A DNA stretch of 64,000 nucleotides from Eledone cirrhosa (GCA_964016885.1 OZ024745.1:122512001-122576000); one strand, 5' to 3'. Shown: positions 12,063 through 27,430, counted from the stretch's first letter. Notes: generated by a model not told the origin, from the letters alone. Program-made: numbers and translations.

Positions 12063-12475
12063 TGTAGTGACCTATATTCCACGGGCTCACATACGTTCTC
12101 TGTGCGTGATTTGGCTCAGCTCAGCCAATCAGCACCAGTAGAAGAGGATGTATCCCTACGCGTCCTGAGGGGAGAGATTACCCGCGAAGATTTGGAGAAT
12201 CTCTCTCTTGCAGCTCGACCGCGCTAAGGTAAACAACTACTTTTCTTTCGCCGTGAAATCACTAGCCAATATGTAACACAACAATTTAACCATGGCCTGG
12301 CAACACTTAAACAGCCAGTAGCCCGTGTCTTTCTGAAATCTTAATTCGTTTGTTTTATTTCTCTTGGCATGCCAGCTCAACCTTTGTTAATAAATAATGT
12401 AAAACATGCTAAAGTCGTTGTCCATATTCCTATCATATCTTTCTACCAAAGGTGGTTCCTCGTGGCAACATTACA
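12063..12475. mobile_element. Solo LTR (413 bp) inserted in an RTE-type LINE fragment
   Basis: TGTAGTG...CATTACA termini, 5-bp TSD gcttc/acttc (1 mismatch), internal CCAAT boxes and AATAAA; flanks read as LINE C-terminus (KLRVYKAVIL...WQD). Confidence 0.75.
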
Positions 12476-13219
12476 ACTTCTAAATACTTTTCTGCTAAAC
12501 TTCCATTAGACAAAGTTGACAATCATCCTCTACATTGGCAAGATCATATTATCATCATCATCATCATCATTTAGCGTTAATTCTTCCACGCTCGTATGGG
12601 TTAGACGGGTTGTCCATGCTGGGAGGCAAGTCTGGCCATAGTTGACCATGTCACACCTTGCTCTATAAATTTGGCTGGGTATTTTACACCAACCATATTT
12701 ACTGTGTGGGATTGGATGGCTCCGTCATGAGGAGGGACAGGCAAGTTGGCTGCGCCAAACCCGTCTCACAATGTAACAACAGTTTTTTTTTGAGCCTGAC
12801 CTATCTCACAGTGGAACCATAGTTTAGGAGTTCAGTACTGGGAGGCAGCCATACGAAGAGCCCGACGCATCAACAAAATTCCTGATCAAACCAGACTCAA
12901 CAGTATTGAAGTTGAAATGTTACATCACCAACTGCATTAAGTTGGTCAAAGAAGGTAAAAACAGACTTATACCACCATCTTAGAATACATAGACACATTC
13001 AAGGGAATCAAATTCTTGACAATGACAGATGCCAATGATGAGGATAATTCACAGAAATTTTCATGACAATGCTGGCTGTTCACTTTCCTGACATTTGTAC
13101 ATTATTCTATGTACTATACATGCACCTTTGATGAGTTGTAGTGCACCTGAGCACTGTACACAATAATTTCCTTATTATTAGTTTAATGATGCTTACAAAC
13201 TGCTTTAAGATTAAATACT

Positions 13220-13447
13220 TTAACCCTTTAGCATTTAAACCGGTTATATCAAACCAGAATTCTCTCACCTCTTTCTGTTCAAACCGGCTGTAACTGGCCG
13301 CTCATACCGATGTTAAGGTATTGTTCTCAAAAAAATGATATCAAAATCTCATAGATTTGATATAATGAGCGATAGTTATGTGAGATAAAGTCTTTACCAT
13401 GAAAATATAATAGTAAATATAGAGTAATGTAAATGCTAAAGGGTTAA
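13220..13447. mobile_element. piggyBac-type MITE family 1 (~220 bp); copies at 8234, 8923, 9205, 14920, 18682-18897, 26043, 42690-42905, 48509-48727
   Basis: TTAA target sites with TIR CCCTTTAGCATTTA...TAAATGCTAAAGGG. Confidence 0.88.
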
Positions 13448-14261
13448 ATCAAATCAAATATTTTGTCAATGAAAAGGTGAAGTAAAATTCTATTAGGATT
13501 TCTTATAATAATTATTCCTTATTATTCATTAATTCTTCCTTTTTTATGCTCACATATCCTTGAGAGGGTCATGGGAATAGACTTCTCAGACATACCTTCC
13601 AGAAGATCCTATCAGAAACCTCCATCACCAAATGATCTAGATGGGTCCTCAGGTGTGACCATCTGAAGTTACGAATATTATCCAAACAACTTACTCATGG
13701 CCTACTCCTTGGTTTCCAGCTGGTTGGCTTTGATTGTAAAATCTGTCCTGTGATTATTTCCTTAGACAATGTAGTGGATCTACATAGAGTGACTCTCTGA
13801 TCTCTGAGCTAGGTACTCTATCAAATATCCTCTCGAGACTACTTAATTTTTCCAGGAATGGGTCGACTTGAGTAATTTATTTATTGAAGTAATTCTTTTT
13901 ACAACTGGATCTTATTTCTTCCTACTAATACCATTTCAACAAGAAAGTGATGCCTTTTTTGTCAACATTTAGTGAAATACACTGGAGCTAACAAAGTTAG
14001 GGGTTCTTTTAGGTACCTGACAAAAGTAGAGTAGTAAAAATGCTTATCCTATGACCATGAAGATCAGTGTTGAGCAACTTCTTTTTGTAATGATTCACTT
14101 TCAGGAATGAAAATAGCCATTTAAAAAAGCCCAGTAAGTTTTACTGGCTCTTTCAACACATCTATCATGCTACTATCCAGGGCAACACATTCACTATTTC
14201 ATCCATTGGAACCATGAAACATTTGCATGGCATGCTGTAGATTGTTTCTTTTGCATTTATA

Positions 14262-14600
14262 TCTTCTTCTTCTTCGCCCACTTATTCCTGAGAGGGTCGT
14301 GACGGCAAAGGCCTCAAACACTCCGTCCAGCTGATCCTGTCAGAAGCAACCATCTCCAACTGATCCAGCTGGATCCCCAAGCTAGACCAGCCAAGCACAT
14401 GGATGTTATCCAACCAGCTTGCTCGGAATTTACACCTGCGTCTCCTGCCGGTTGGTTTTGCCTGTAAAATCTGTCCAGCAATTCTTTCCTGAGACATTCT
14501 AACCCCATGTCCATAGTATCAGAACTGTGATCTCTCAATTCGGAGTAGTAGTGGCTCTACCTGGAGTGACTCTCTGATCTCTGAGCTACACACTTTATTG
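14262..14600 (-). mobile_element. RTE-type LINE 3' end with (GAA)n tail; related copies at about 4673-5020 and 13530-13830
   Basis: RMSQERIAGQILQAKPTGRRRR...WLDNI; (TCT)n on the plus strand at the terminus. Confidence 0.8.
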
Positions 14601-15605
14601 AGTAAGGTTACTCCAAAGACCCTTCTGAGGAACCCCATTTCAATCGCTTGTATTCGCGATCGTATTCATATCTTGTATACAAAAATTCGAAAATGCCCAA
14701 GGCACCGAGAGAACACTTCAATAACATCCCTTTTTGATGACTTCTGATGTAGTCAGTTATCCAGCATGTTATTAAGAGATGACATACTATATTACTAGTC
14801 ATCGTGTATCAACATACAGCATTTTGTGAGTTTTCTGATCTGTTGTTTACATTGCTAACATTATCAACTGGTCATTTTCTAAAGTTTCAATTGAGAGGCA
14901 ACAAAATGTGTGTTGATGAATTAACACTTTAGCATTTACATTACTTTATATTTACTATTGTATTTTCACATAATATTGAATCTATGAGATTTTGATATTA
15001 TTTATTTTGAGGACCATACCTTAATATAAGTATGAGCAACCAGCTATGGTTGGTTTAAACAGAAAGAGGTGAGAGAATTCTGGCCGGATACGACCGGTTT
15101 ACATCTTTTAATGAAAAGTAAATCTAGGGTATTTCTAGAAGCATAATACAAATGTTTATGATTCCTAATAATTTATTTGAAATTAATAAATTATAATGCA
15201 TATTTCCTTCCCACTCTCATCACAACTTTTCCATCTTGAGCAAGAATGACCTGATTGCACTAGATTTGAAAAATGGCAGCATTGGTTCCACAACAAAATG
15301 CGTCCAGCCCATCCTGTCAAATGGTATTGATGATGCTATATTAAAACAAACCCAGCACATGCTGTGAAGTGAGTGTCATTAGGAAGAGCATCCTGCCTTA
15401 GAAACCATGCCAGAATGGAGCATAAAGTGAGAAGTGGTCATCTGTCTAGGTTTTGAACGTGATAACTCTCTATCCCATTCAAAAATGGAAAATAGACATA
15501 AAACAATGATGATGATAAATTCATAACTTTTTACACACATCTAAGAAATAATATATTCCGACTGAAGTGAATTTTGATGAGAATATATATAATGTCAATA
15601 CTTAC

Positions 15606-15790
15606 TGTGAAATTGCTTCTAAGTTTCCACAGCAGTCTGGATTTCTATATACTTTTCTCAGTGCTTCAAGGACAGTATAACCTGTAGTGAACACTTTATA
15701 TGTGAGTAGAAATGTGTTGAGAAAATCAATACTAAGAAATCGCAGATCTGTTAATCGATCAAGAAGGCGGTCAACAGTGGCATGTCGAAT
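15606..15790 (-). CDS. RasGRF: RasGRF exon, REM N-terminal half ([36 protein letters not shown]...)
   Basis: Acceptor tttcag, donor gtaagt; 185 nt, phase 0->2; close match to the RasGRF REM motif. Confidence 0.97.
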
Positions 15791-17380
15791 CTGAAATCAG
15801 GAACATAGAAAATAAACCCTACAGGCTTTTGTGGAATTTTAAAATTTAATTTTTAAAATATCACTTTCTAAAAATTCTCACACATATTTATAAATAATTA
15901 TTTCTACTTTTGGCACAAAGTCAGCAATTAGCCCAGTGCATTACTGGTACTTTATTTTATTGACCCTGTAAGGATGAAAGGCAAAGTTAACCTCGGTGGG
16001 ATTTGAACCCAGACCGCAAAGGGCCATAACTCTATGCTGCAAAGTATGGTGTCTGACGCTCTACCGATACTGCCAATCCACCACAACAAATTTATAAATA
16101 ATATATTAATGTTTTCTATTGTTTCAATTAATTCTGACAAAAAAAAAAAACGACCTGCACCATTTGATGTATCATAAGTTCAATATCATATAACAAATGA
16201 AACTATTTTATAGTTAAAATATTTGTTACAAAACTAAGATATGCTAATATCTTTAACTCTTTCATTACAATATTTTTAATGAAAGACTTGATGTTTGAAT
16301 AATTTTGAAAATAATCAAGAATTCAAAGGGATTTAATAAAATAACAAAATTTTCTCATTATTAAACTGGTGTTTGAAACATAACAAATATTCTTACATAA
16401 AAATATGGTGGAATGTTTTTACATAAATATAAATTTTTTAAAACAAAGTTTTTTATCATAGAACCAAGAATGATTTCAGGCAGTTTAGTATCAAAAGAAT
16501 TAAAGTAATAATAAAGTATTATAAATTGATATGATAATATTCAAACTTCAAAAGTTCCTTAATATCACAAAACCAATTACTTTCTATTTTTTACATTGAC
16601 ATGAATACAGTTACACAGGAGTTACCTCCTGTATATTCTACACTGAGCTAAACACTTATGTAATCTTTGGCTCTTTTAAATCATATTTAATTGCTCACCA
16701 TTACAAGTTATCTGACATACAAGCTGACAAATTACTGAATGTTTTATCACTGGTTGAAACCCATTGTGGTGAAAACATTTGGGATTCCGAACCCTGAAAA
16801 TGATTTCCTACCCACTTTGATAGGAATGGAAATGGCCATTTGTAAAAACAAGCTTAGTAAGTTTTACTGGCTCTTTCAACACATCTTCATTGCTATCCAC
16901 CGGAGTAACATGTTCACTATTTATCCATTAGAACCATGAAATATTTGCATGGTTTTCTGTGGTTTGTTTCTTTTACACATTTCCACAAAGATCACTATGT
17001 TTTTGTTATTTTACTGTTCTTCATTGTTACTGTTGGTTTCTCCATTTCATTTTATGTAAACCAAAACTGTTTTTATATTTTGAAACCAATGTTATCTTTA
17101 TGACAACAGTTAATCTATTTAAAATGTCTTTACATAAATATATTTGAAACTATCATTTATTTTTTTAGTGTTAGCATTTTCATCACACTGTTTGTGACCT
17201 GGTCACTGACATAGTTCCATATGTATCTCTGTGTTTTTTTATCTAGCTAACAAAGATGACTCTTCCATGATGTATTTGAAAATAAATTTTATTTTAACAA
17301 AATACACATTTTAATCCTGTGGTATTTAAATGTAGTTTTCACTAAAACCATTACCATTGCATTACTTTAACTTATTTTAC

Positions 17381-17456
17381 CTGAGGGACTCTGCAAGAAT
17401 TAAGAGTTCTGCTAAATTTTATATCCACATCATCACGAAAAAGCTTTGGATCAGAC
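17381..17456 (-). CDS. RasGRF: RasGRF exon (SDPKLFRDDVDIKFSRTLNSCRVPQ)
   Basis: Acceptor ctacag, donor gtaaaa; 76 nt, phase 2->0; signature DDVDIxFSxTxNSCxVxQ. Confidence 0.95.
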
Positions 17457-17718
17457 CTGTAGAAAGAAAAAAATGACAACAAAATAGTTTTCCCTTTTGC
17501 ATTCATTGTAAAAGAAAACATGTTTAAAATAGTTTAAAATAATTTCCTTCAATCTACTAAATATTTATGAAATTTATAAATTAGTAAAATGCTGTAAAAA
17601 TATATGACACTGTGATCATGATAATGAGAAGGTTACACTTAACTTAGAGTAGGAAAGTTTTGTTAAACATGAGTTATGCAATTTATTGAATATAATAACC
17701 AAGTTTTCATATATTTAA

Positions 17719-17970
17719 CTAGCAGATGTACCCGGCGTTGCTCGGGAAATGAATGACAGCCTGAATTGTTCAAGGTCGTTTATGGCTTAGCTAGCAATTT
17801 CTGAGTGCATGTCAGCTTATGTCAGCTAATTGGCTAGCCAATGAGAGGTCACCTCAATAGCACGTGCCAAATTGGCCTAGTACTTCAAAAGTTAAAAGGA
17901 GACTAGTATTTGTACACAGACAGACAGACACACACACACACAGACCGACTTGCTTTTATATATATATATG
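17719..17970 (-). mobile_element. Mini Helitron (~250 bp)
   Basis: Minus strand ends cccgagcaacgccggg...CTAG|T; 5' region TATATAAAA followed by (GT)n/(GTCT)n. Confidence 0.75.
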
Positions 17971-20900
17971 TTCATTATTATTTATTATTATTATTATTAT
18001 TATTGTTGTTGTTGTTATTATTATTATTATTGTTGTTATTATTATTATTATTAGTAGTAACTTAATGGTATTTAATGGATATTGAAATAATTTGGCTGAT
18101 TACTTTTCTATCAATTTGTTTCCATATATATTCTTTATTTCCTCTAATTTATTCCCAATTAAATACTTGTTCAATATTTATGTCAATGATTGACCTAATT
18201 AGGGCACAGCATCTTCATTCATGTATAAAAGTGCAAATATAATAAAATTATGTGTACTTATTAACATTTGAATTTTAATTTACTTAGAATGTTCCTTGTA
18301 CTACTTATGTCTTTAGTTTTGAGATACATTAAAAAGGAACCATGATTAAGTAGTATTTGGACAGGATTTGCAGACAGAATTGCATCATAAGAATATATGA
18401 GTCTCAGGATCACTTTCTACCACCCCAATACCAGTCTTGTAGACCCTGATAAGGGTCATGGGTGCTGCACTTTGTCCTGACTGAACGATACAAAAAATAA
18501 AATAAAATAAAAAGAACTACTATCATGGCATTTTAGTAAATTTAGAAGAAAAAAGGAATAATTCAAGAGAAAAAGGAAAAATTGCAATAATGAACCAATC
18601 TTTCAGTGCAATATAAAGAAGAAAGAAAACCTACATGAATAGAAGAATATGAGAAATAAGAAAACAGGACCTGATTATGAGTTAACCCTTTAGCATTTAA
18701 ACCGGCCATATTTGACCAGAATTCTCTCACCTCTTTCTGTTCAAACTAGCTGTAAACAGCCACTCATACTGATGTTAAGGTATTGTTCTCAAAATAAATA
18801 ATATAAAAATCTCATAGATTCCATATTATGTGAGGTAAAGACTTTACCATGAAAATATAATAGTATATATAGAGTAATGTAAATGCTAAAGGTTTAAATA
18901 TGCCCTCAAAATATTTTATTTTAAAGTACCTATAAACACACACACAAACACACACCACGTGTTTGTGTGGGTACATGTATGCATATAATATTCAAATATT
19001 TTTTGAAAATTTTTGCTCTAACTTTGAATCTTCATATTTAATTTCATGTTTTAAATCACAAATTTTCCAAGATGATTGCTTTCACATTTGGTGATAGTTG
19101 TTTTCTCTTTCAATCATTTTACAATAATTTGAACATTTGACTATTTTTAATAATTTATAAACTAAATTATATTGCAAAGGTGAGTGTTTTAGAAGGCAAA
19201 AAGACTGCAGATTTGACTTGCTTTTAATAGAAATACAGATGTCTCTACGATATTCTATCTCATAAATCATAGGTAATGGGTTCAATTCTTAATAAAAATA
19301 AAACACACCATTACAGTGCATGTTTGAACGAGACACATATTGATCTCTTTAGTTTATTGTAAAATGAAATAAAACTAACTGAAATGTGAAAACTGCATTC
19401 AAAGATAAAGCAGGTGGAATTACTAATGATTTAATCTGTTGACTGCTGCGTATATTTTCCACAGATACAGTTGCTGTGCTGTTTTTTTTCTTCAATAAAA
19501 TGACTATTTTTTTAAACAAACATTTATTAATAACACATATCTGAATGATTGACAAAGGTCATATCAATAAACTAGTAACCCCATCTAGCTTTGAAGTTAT
19601 GAACTGTGGGAAAAGAGTTCAAACATGTTAGGACGAGTTATCTTGTCTGTGACATTGGAATGTATACATGTTAGGACGAGTTATCTTGTCTACAGCACTG
19701 AAGAGATTAAATGAGATGCTATACAGTATCTGATCCAGCTCAGTACATTCTGAATCCAAATCTCACTTTCTTCTGTCAGTTGTGATTAACAGATAGTATC
19801 AGCATGGAAAGACCAATGAAAAAAAGTTTTCTTGGTTTTATCTAACAATCAGCTTTTTTTTTTCCTTTTTTTATATTATGCACTGATTAAAATATCTATG
19901 ATTCTACAGTTATATGCTTTTTTGTATTTTTTTCCAACTTCACAAATATATTTTTGGAGTTACACAATACAACTAGTATACAGGGTGGGCCATACGTCAC
20001 ACACCAAAGCATTAAAATCAATTTAGTATACATGTACATTGTATGGTAATAATAACAAAAATCATATTGAAATAACAAAAGTAGCATCCTATCATCTGTG
20101 ATTAAGTTCAATGGCTACATTTTTCATGACAGCTCACACTTGATGGTGCACGACTAAAGGCCCACACTATATTTGTGGTGGTGATTATCTGCAATCTTTT
20201 ATCTGAATATCATAAAAAATGTGTTTTTTGTTTAAAAATAGATAAACTGAAATCTAATTTGTTGTTGCAATTTTTAGAATAATATTAATTGATAATATAG
20301 AAGTTAAATGAAACTAAACTAACAAAATATAAATAAATTAAAATATTTGAAAGCCCTACAATGTGTACATGATTAAAAGTGACAATGTAATTGGAGTTAT
20401 ACAGGAAAGAATGAAGACAATAGAATTTTACTATAGCAAATCTAATTATCTAAAATAATAAAAAAACTTATTATCAAGAGAGGATCCATGTATAGGTGTT
20501 TAAACCCGAAAATATTTGAGATAATTGAATTTGCTCAGGTAAAATTCTATCGTCTTCATTCTTTCCTCTATAACTTTTATTACTTTGGCACTTTTAATCT
20601 TGGGGGCATTGTAGGGCTTTCAAATATTTAAACTTATTTAAATTTGTATTTCCTATTCCACAATGCTTCAAGCAAACTACAACACTCTGTTAACAAAATA
20701 TATTAATAAGAAGATGTAGGAAGCTCAGATTTCTGTTTACCTTTTTTACCTTTTACATATATATATATATTATATATGTATATATATATTATATATATCA
20801 TTATATATATATCATTTTATGTCTGCTTTTCCCTGCTTGCAAGGGTGGGACGGGAACTGATTCTGGCTTGATTTCTACAGCTGGATGCCCTTCTTAACAC

Positions 20901-23900
20901 CAACCTCATTTACAGTGAGTGCTGGGTGCTTTTTTTCTGTGGCGCCTACACATCCACTTTACAGTGTGGGCTGGGTGCTTTTTTTGCCATGGCACCTCCA
21001 CGACCACTTTGCAGTGGAATGATAGGGACCCCAGTCCTATCATCTCAGTTCTACAGCTGAGTAAACTGGAGCAATGTGAAATAAAGTGTCTTGCTCAAGG
21101 AAACAACACATCACCCGGTCTGAGAATTGAACTCACAACCTTTCGATTGCAAGGCCAATGCTTTAACTACTAAGCCATGTGCCTCCAGTTGCATAAATAA
21201 TTCCGATTACAGTCACTTGTTATAAAATAGCTTATAAAAATTGGGTAAAGACACCAAGAGGTGGGTAAATGTTACCAGCGGCTGCTACAAAGTATTGAAC
21301 ATCATATCTCCCAGATACTAGCTAGGTGCTCTAACCATTGAACTAAGGCACCCTCAATTTTTTAAAACTATTTTAAAGCAACTGACTGTAATTGCAGTTA
21401 TTTATCTTATAAATTTATTTCCGTCACACTTAGTAAGTTTTAAAATTTGAACTTCCCACATGATGTTTGTTAATAACAAAATATTATTTGAAAATTATAG
21501 ATCATCTAAAATATTGGCAGAAATAATTTCAAATCATTTTTATCTTAAACAAAAGATTCAAGGTTGAAACAAAGTTGTTTACTTTTAACCACAAAATGTA
21601 TCCCCAAAGACAAGCATGCATAATTTTTAACAAATCATAGTAAAATAATTATGGAAAGAATTGAAAGGGAGAAATGAAGTTTAGGAAATATTTTTCTTTA
21701 AATATCCAGGAAAATTATGTAATATGGTCTAATGAAATCCAGGAAAACCCAAAAGAAAAAAAGTGAGAAACAAGATGTATATGAGAAAGGATATAAAGTA
21801 TTTGGAAGTTCCTTCAATAAATCATTTGTGTAAAAGTATATAGAGATACCCTGACCATGAAGAAGTAACAAATTTTATGTAGGTTGTGTTAAGCAGAATA
21901 ATTTGAAATTATTAGATTTTATAAAATATAAATTTACAGAATCTTTTGTTTGAATGTATGATGGATAGGAGTTCGTCTCTTCCATATATGTCTGGATTAA
22001 ATAAAAAGAAAGAACGATTTACTAACCTGATTGAAAAGAAAAGTGTAAAATAATGTAAAATTATGCCTCTCTCTCTCTCTTTCCCTCTTTCTTTCTGTCT
22101 GTCTGTTTCTGTGTCTCATTCCCTCTTTTCTAACTTCTTTGCTTTATATTTTCTTTGTTATATGTTAGTATTTTTTATACAGGGGCACCAGCAATCTTTC
22201 AGCACCCTAGGTACCAGAGCCATGCCAAATTAACCATTTTCTGAGACTTAACAGAATTAATATTATAATAAATCAAGGTAAATTCTATCACCAAACACTA
22301 CATTTTCTTTCTTTTGGAAAAAATAGTCCTAACCTTGGATTATCTTAAAATATATCATAAACCTGTAAACTGTTGTTTTGTTTGTCTTATTTTATTCTCT
22401 TTTTCATTCCTTCATTTCTAACTTGCATTGTACTGTCTTTCTGAAAGTAACTCTAACCACACAATACTTCATATAAGCTATATTACTTTCTTTAGCATTG
22501 AAACTGGCTGGATCCAGGCCAGAATTCTCTCACCTCTTTCTGTTCCAACTCGCTGTAACCAGCCATTCATACTGATGTTAAGGTATTATTCTCAACATAA
22601 TCAAATTGACCTCAGTGCATTACTGGTGATTTATTTATCGACCCTGTAAGGATGAAAAGCAAAGCTAACTTTGGCGGGATTTGAACTCAGAACGTAAAGG
22701 GCGGTAACTCAATGCTGCAAAGCATGGTGTCTGATGCTCCACTGATTCTGCCAATCCACTGCCCTAAATTTATTAATACTGATCACAGGAAATTCAAGTC
22801 CCACTCATAATTAAGTATTGATATAAGATCATCTAAAAACAAGCTGGAATTTACAATACAAAACTGCTCATTCTAAAATGTTTATCCTTATATTTAAAGC
22901 CTTCCACAATTTTATTTTATACATTTTTGTTAAGCAATGTCCTAAATATCAGCTTACTAATGAAAAATTTAGTCATTTTAATAAATTTCTCTAGTGGTTA
23001 GAGCATTGGCCTTGCAATCAAAAGGTTGTGAGTTCAATTCTCAGACCGGGTGATGTGTTGTTTCCTTGAGCAAGACACTTTATTTCACATTGCTCCAGTT
23101 TACTCAGCTGTAGAAATGAGATGATAGGGACTGGGGTCCCTATCATTCCACTGCAAAGTGGTCGTAGAGGTGCCACGGTAAAAAAGCACCCAGCCCTCAC
23201 TGTAAATGAGGTTGGTGTTAGGAAGGGCATCCAGCTGTAGAAATCAAGCCAGAATCAGTTCCCGTCCCACCCTTGCAAGCAGGGAAAAAGGGGACGTAAA
23301 ATGAAATGATGATGATAATGATGATGTATGGTTATTGTTAGAATTGGAACACACAGACAGTGTATTTCATTACACAATACAATAATAATTTCTACTTTAG
23401 ACACAAGGCCAGTAATTTGGGTGGAGGGGAAAGTCGATTAAATTGAACCCAGTGCATAACTGGTACTTTATTTTATTGACTCCGTAAGGATGAAACGCAA
23501 AGCTGACCTCGGCAGGATTTGAACTCAGAACGTAAAGGGCCATAAGTCTATGTTGCAAAGCATGTTGTCTGATACTCTACCGATTCTACTAATACAATAA
23601 TAAAAGGGGTAACTACTTTTATTTTCTATTTTTTGGACACTCTGCAGGACAAAAAACAAAACCCGACAAAGGGCGGAAGAACTCATAAGAGTCAATGACC
23701 ATCTAAAAAGAAAATCCTGCTAAATTAATGGGTGGCAGTAGTTCCAGCTGCACGCATTGAAAGACTGGTGTAGTGGTTCTGAGAACAATGCGGCTTTGCA
23801 GATGATCAATGCTGCAAATTGACAATGGAAAGGCACTCCCACTCGAGATAGAAGAGAACTATTGACCTTCAGGAGAAGCAGCAACCCTTGATTGTATTCA

Positions 23901-24499
23901 GCAACCAAAACAAATATAAAGTACACCAAATCCAATGCTCCTAGGGGTGGCCTTGGTTCTTCTTATTTGTAAACTCGGCCAGATTAGATTAGATACAAAC
24001 AATTAAGATTTTAGATTTAAATTATAATACAAAAGACTAATCTAAAAATTAACAAAAAAAGGTAATAGCAATCCAGCATTAAATGAAAATAAATAATTAT
24101 ATAAGTGTGTTAAAATCATTTAGATATCTTCTTAAAATAATATTATTTAGTAAATAGGTGCAGACATGGCTAAGTGGTTAAGAAGGCTGCTTCACAACCA
24201 TATGGCTTTGGGTTCAGTCAGATGGCATGGCTTCTTGAGCAGGTGTCTTCTATTATTATCTCTGGCTGACCAATGCTTTGGAAATGATAATGAAAATTAT
24301 TGTGTACAGTACTCAGGTGCACTGCAACTCATCAAAGGTGCATGTATAGTACATAAAATAATGTATAAATGTCAGGAAAGTGAACAATGTATGAGTCATG
24401 ATATACACAAAGACTCACACACATGCTAATTCAGTCACCCAGAAGCTATCTACTGTTTCTATTGAGCCCTCTCAGAATTTGGTAGTGCTTGTTTCCTGT

Positions 24500-24800
24500 G
24501 GTCATTTGCTGCTTACTGTCCCAGTGCAACTGCCACATGTAAAGCCTGTATTATTAGCTAAACTTCCAGCTGGTTTCCCAGTCTTCATATCCTTAGTTGC
24601 CTTACTTACTACACTGCTGCTGACTTGTATTGCTGGGCCCTCTATAGGGTTCACATGTGGTAGGGTCTCTTTCTCCCATACATTCTCCTCATTCGGTAAT
24701 CTTTCATAATGGCTCTTCCATGTAGCTTTCTTCTTGGCATTTGTGAGGGCAAGTGCACCTTTATCATCCTGGACACACTTCTCTCCAATGACTTACAATC
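24500..24800 (-). mobile_element. LINE ORF2 EN-RT linker fragment
   Basis: Minus frame WKSHYERLPNEE...VSKATKDMKTGKPAG, typical of the region before the RT. Confidence 0.7.
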
Positions 24801-26294
24801 CTGAACACCTCGCATTTCTGGTCCTCACACTAAAAAACATGCTTGAATTTTCTATCCTCCACTTCCCTCCTAGCCTCTATGTAATGTACCCTGCTTCCCC
24901 CATTATTCAATTGTTTCCATGCCTGTCTCTTGGCCTTAATTTCCTCACCTACCTTATTGTTCCACCACCAAGTCACTCTCCCTCTCCAACCACAAATCTT
25001 AGTAGGTGATTTTTAAGGAACTCTCAGTGCTCTTCCATATTGAATGTCTCTATCTGTTCTCTTTTACTGTCATAGGCGTTAAGTAAGATATCTTTAAATC
25101 TTTTACTGGTTGAGGGGTCTTTCAGCTTCCAAATCTATCTGACTAGAACCAAGGACAGTGATTCAATACTTTATCAGGTACTGTGACCCCCAATTGTATC
25201 AGCAGTACTGTCATTAGGGGTTGAATCTGTGTATGCACATCTTAATGGCCAATGGCCATAGAGTTTTGCATCTGTTGCCAATATTGCAATATATATGTAT
25301 GTGTGTGTGTGTATGTGTGTATTTGTGTATGTATGTATGTATGTATGTGTGTATGTGTGTCTCCATGTTTGTATGTACACTGACACTGCTTAACAGCAAA
25401 GGATGTTTGTTAGTCTCATGTAACTTAGTGGTTCAACAAATAGAGATTGATAAAATAAGTACTAGACATAAAAAATAAGTACTGAAACCAATAAAAGAGT
25501 TTAAAAAACCAGTAATACACTAAATCCAATAAATTAATGCACCAATTATTATGGGCATAGTTAAAGAACTGTGTGGTTCTTCTTATCGTGTCTACAAGAG
25601 TGTCAGTTACAAAGCTTGGCTAGATGTGGTTCCACCACAGCTGAACACATTGCTGTCCTTTCTCATTAAACTCTGCCAAGTCCAATGCTGTGCAGGGGTG
25701 TTCCAACAGAGGGCATATCAGGAGGCGCTGCTTAGTGGTTTGATGCCACAGTCACACACAACGTCTCCATCCTTTAAATATCCCCATTTTGCAAGAGTGA
25801 CTTTTGCACGTCCTACACCAGATCTTAGTTTATTTAGGCATTTCCACACTGCATAGTTTGTATCTGCTCCAGGAGAGGCAGTGCCTCACTCGCCTTTAGC
25901 TCTGTGTAGTTGTAATGCAACTATATATTATCAAGATAATAGAACATTGTGTTCAGTGAAGACAATTATTGGTTTAAGCATTACATTGCTATATTTCTAA
26001 TGAAAGACGCTGTCTATAAATTTTCAAATAATTTTGATAGATTTAAACCTTTAACATTTAAACCGGACGTATCGGGACAGAATTCTGTCATCTCTTTCTG
26101 TTCAAACCAGCTGTAACTTGCTACTCATACTGATGTTAAGGTATTGTTATCAAAATAAATAATATCAAAATCTCATAGATTCGATATTATGTGGGATAAT
26201 TATGTGAAGTAAAGCCTTTACCATGAAAATATAACAGTATATATAGAGTAATGTAAATGGTAAAGGGATAATACAACTAACTTTCTCATTATTT

Positions 26295-27430
26295 GTCTAT
26301 TTCTTCTGCCAGAATAGCTATCGACGATGCCTTCTTCCTGGTGAGACAACTACAAGATAAGTTCTTGGTTATGAATAACCCACTATATCTAGCATGCATT
26401 GATCTTATACCAGGATATCATATTCTAAAGTCTTTCAGAAAACTAGATGCAGATGAAAGGCTTGTGAGAGCTGGACAAGTCAATTACAGAGATGCTATCA
26501 GTAAGGGGACAGTTGGCAATGAGTTGTGATGAATTTTGTTTGCAGGGAGATGTCCATCAAGGCTATATCCTCAGCCCACTATTATTTATTATAGTTCTCC
26601 AGGCTGAAACAGAGGAATTTAAGACTTGCTGTTAATGGGGACCCCTAGATGTTGATGAACTAACACTCATAGCCAAATATGTGAAAGGTTTAGAAAAGAA
26701 TTTCCAAATGTGAATGCAAGACTTAGAATGAAGTAACCTGAAATGAAATGTAGAAAAGTCTAAAGTTTTAGTTAACAAGAAAGAACAGAGAAATCTACTG
26801 CTATCTGGAAAGTGACCATACTGGATATGTAGAAAAGAAGCAGAGAGGAATTCCATACAGTGTACCCATCGTAAACAATGTTTAAAAAAGAGATGTAGTG
26901 TAATCAGAGGTAGGCTCTGAAGCATACTAGCCTGAGTAAGTCTAACAGGAAGTTTAGAGAGTTATTATCTCTGCTGATAACAAATAGATTTGCTCTTCAA
27001 GTGAAGGTTAAATTGTACAATGCTTATGTACAAAGTGTAATGTTGCATTGTAGTGAAAGATGGGTATTGACTGCAGGGAATGAGCAAATGACAGAGAGAA
27101 ATGAAACGACCATGTTTATCTTTGTGTGTAATGTTATCATGCATGAATGACAAAGTACAAATGAAGTATAAAAGGAAACAGATATAGTGCACTGGTACAG
27201 ATATGGAAGATGAAAGTTGAATAAAGTATATGGAAAATAAAAGTTGAATAAAGACTTGCTAAGCAATTAAATTAGGAGCCTGCAGAAAATGAAGACCATG
27301 AAAAACATGGGCTGATCTCAGAAACTTAAAGCTCATAAAAATAACAAATGAACATGAGAACTGGTGAGATGTTATGCTGGAGAACACTCATCTAAGCAAT
27401 ACAACCATAGAAATTGAAACATAAAAATTG
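26295..27430 (+). mobile_element. More decayed copy of the same RTE-type RT region
   Basis: IDDAFFLVRQLQDKF...PLYLACIDL, GDVHQG.ILSPLLF; collinear with 50560-51990. Confidence 0.8.
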
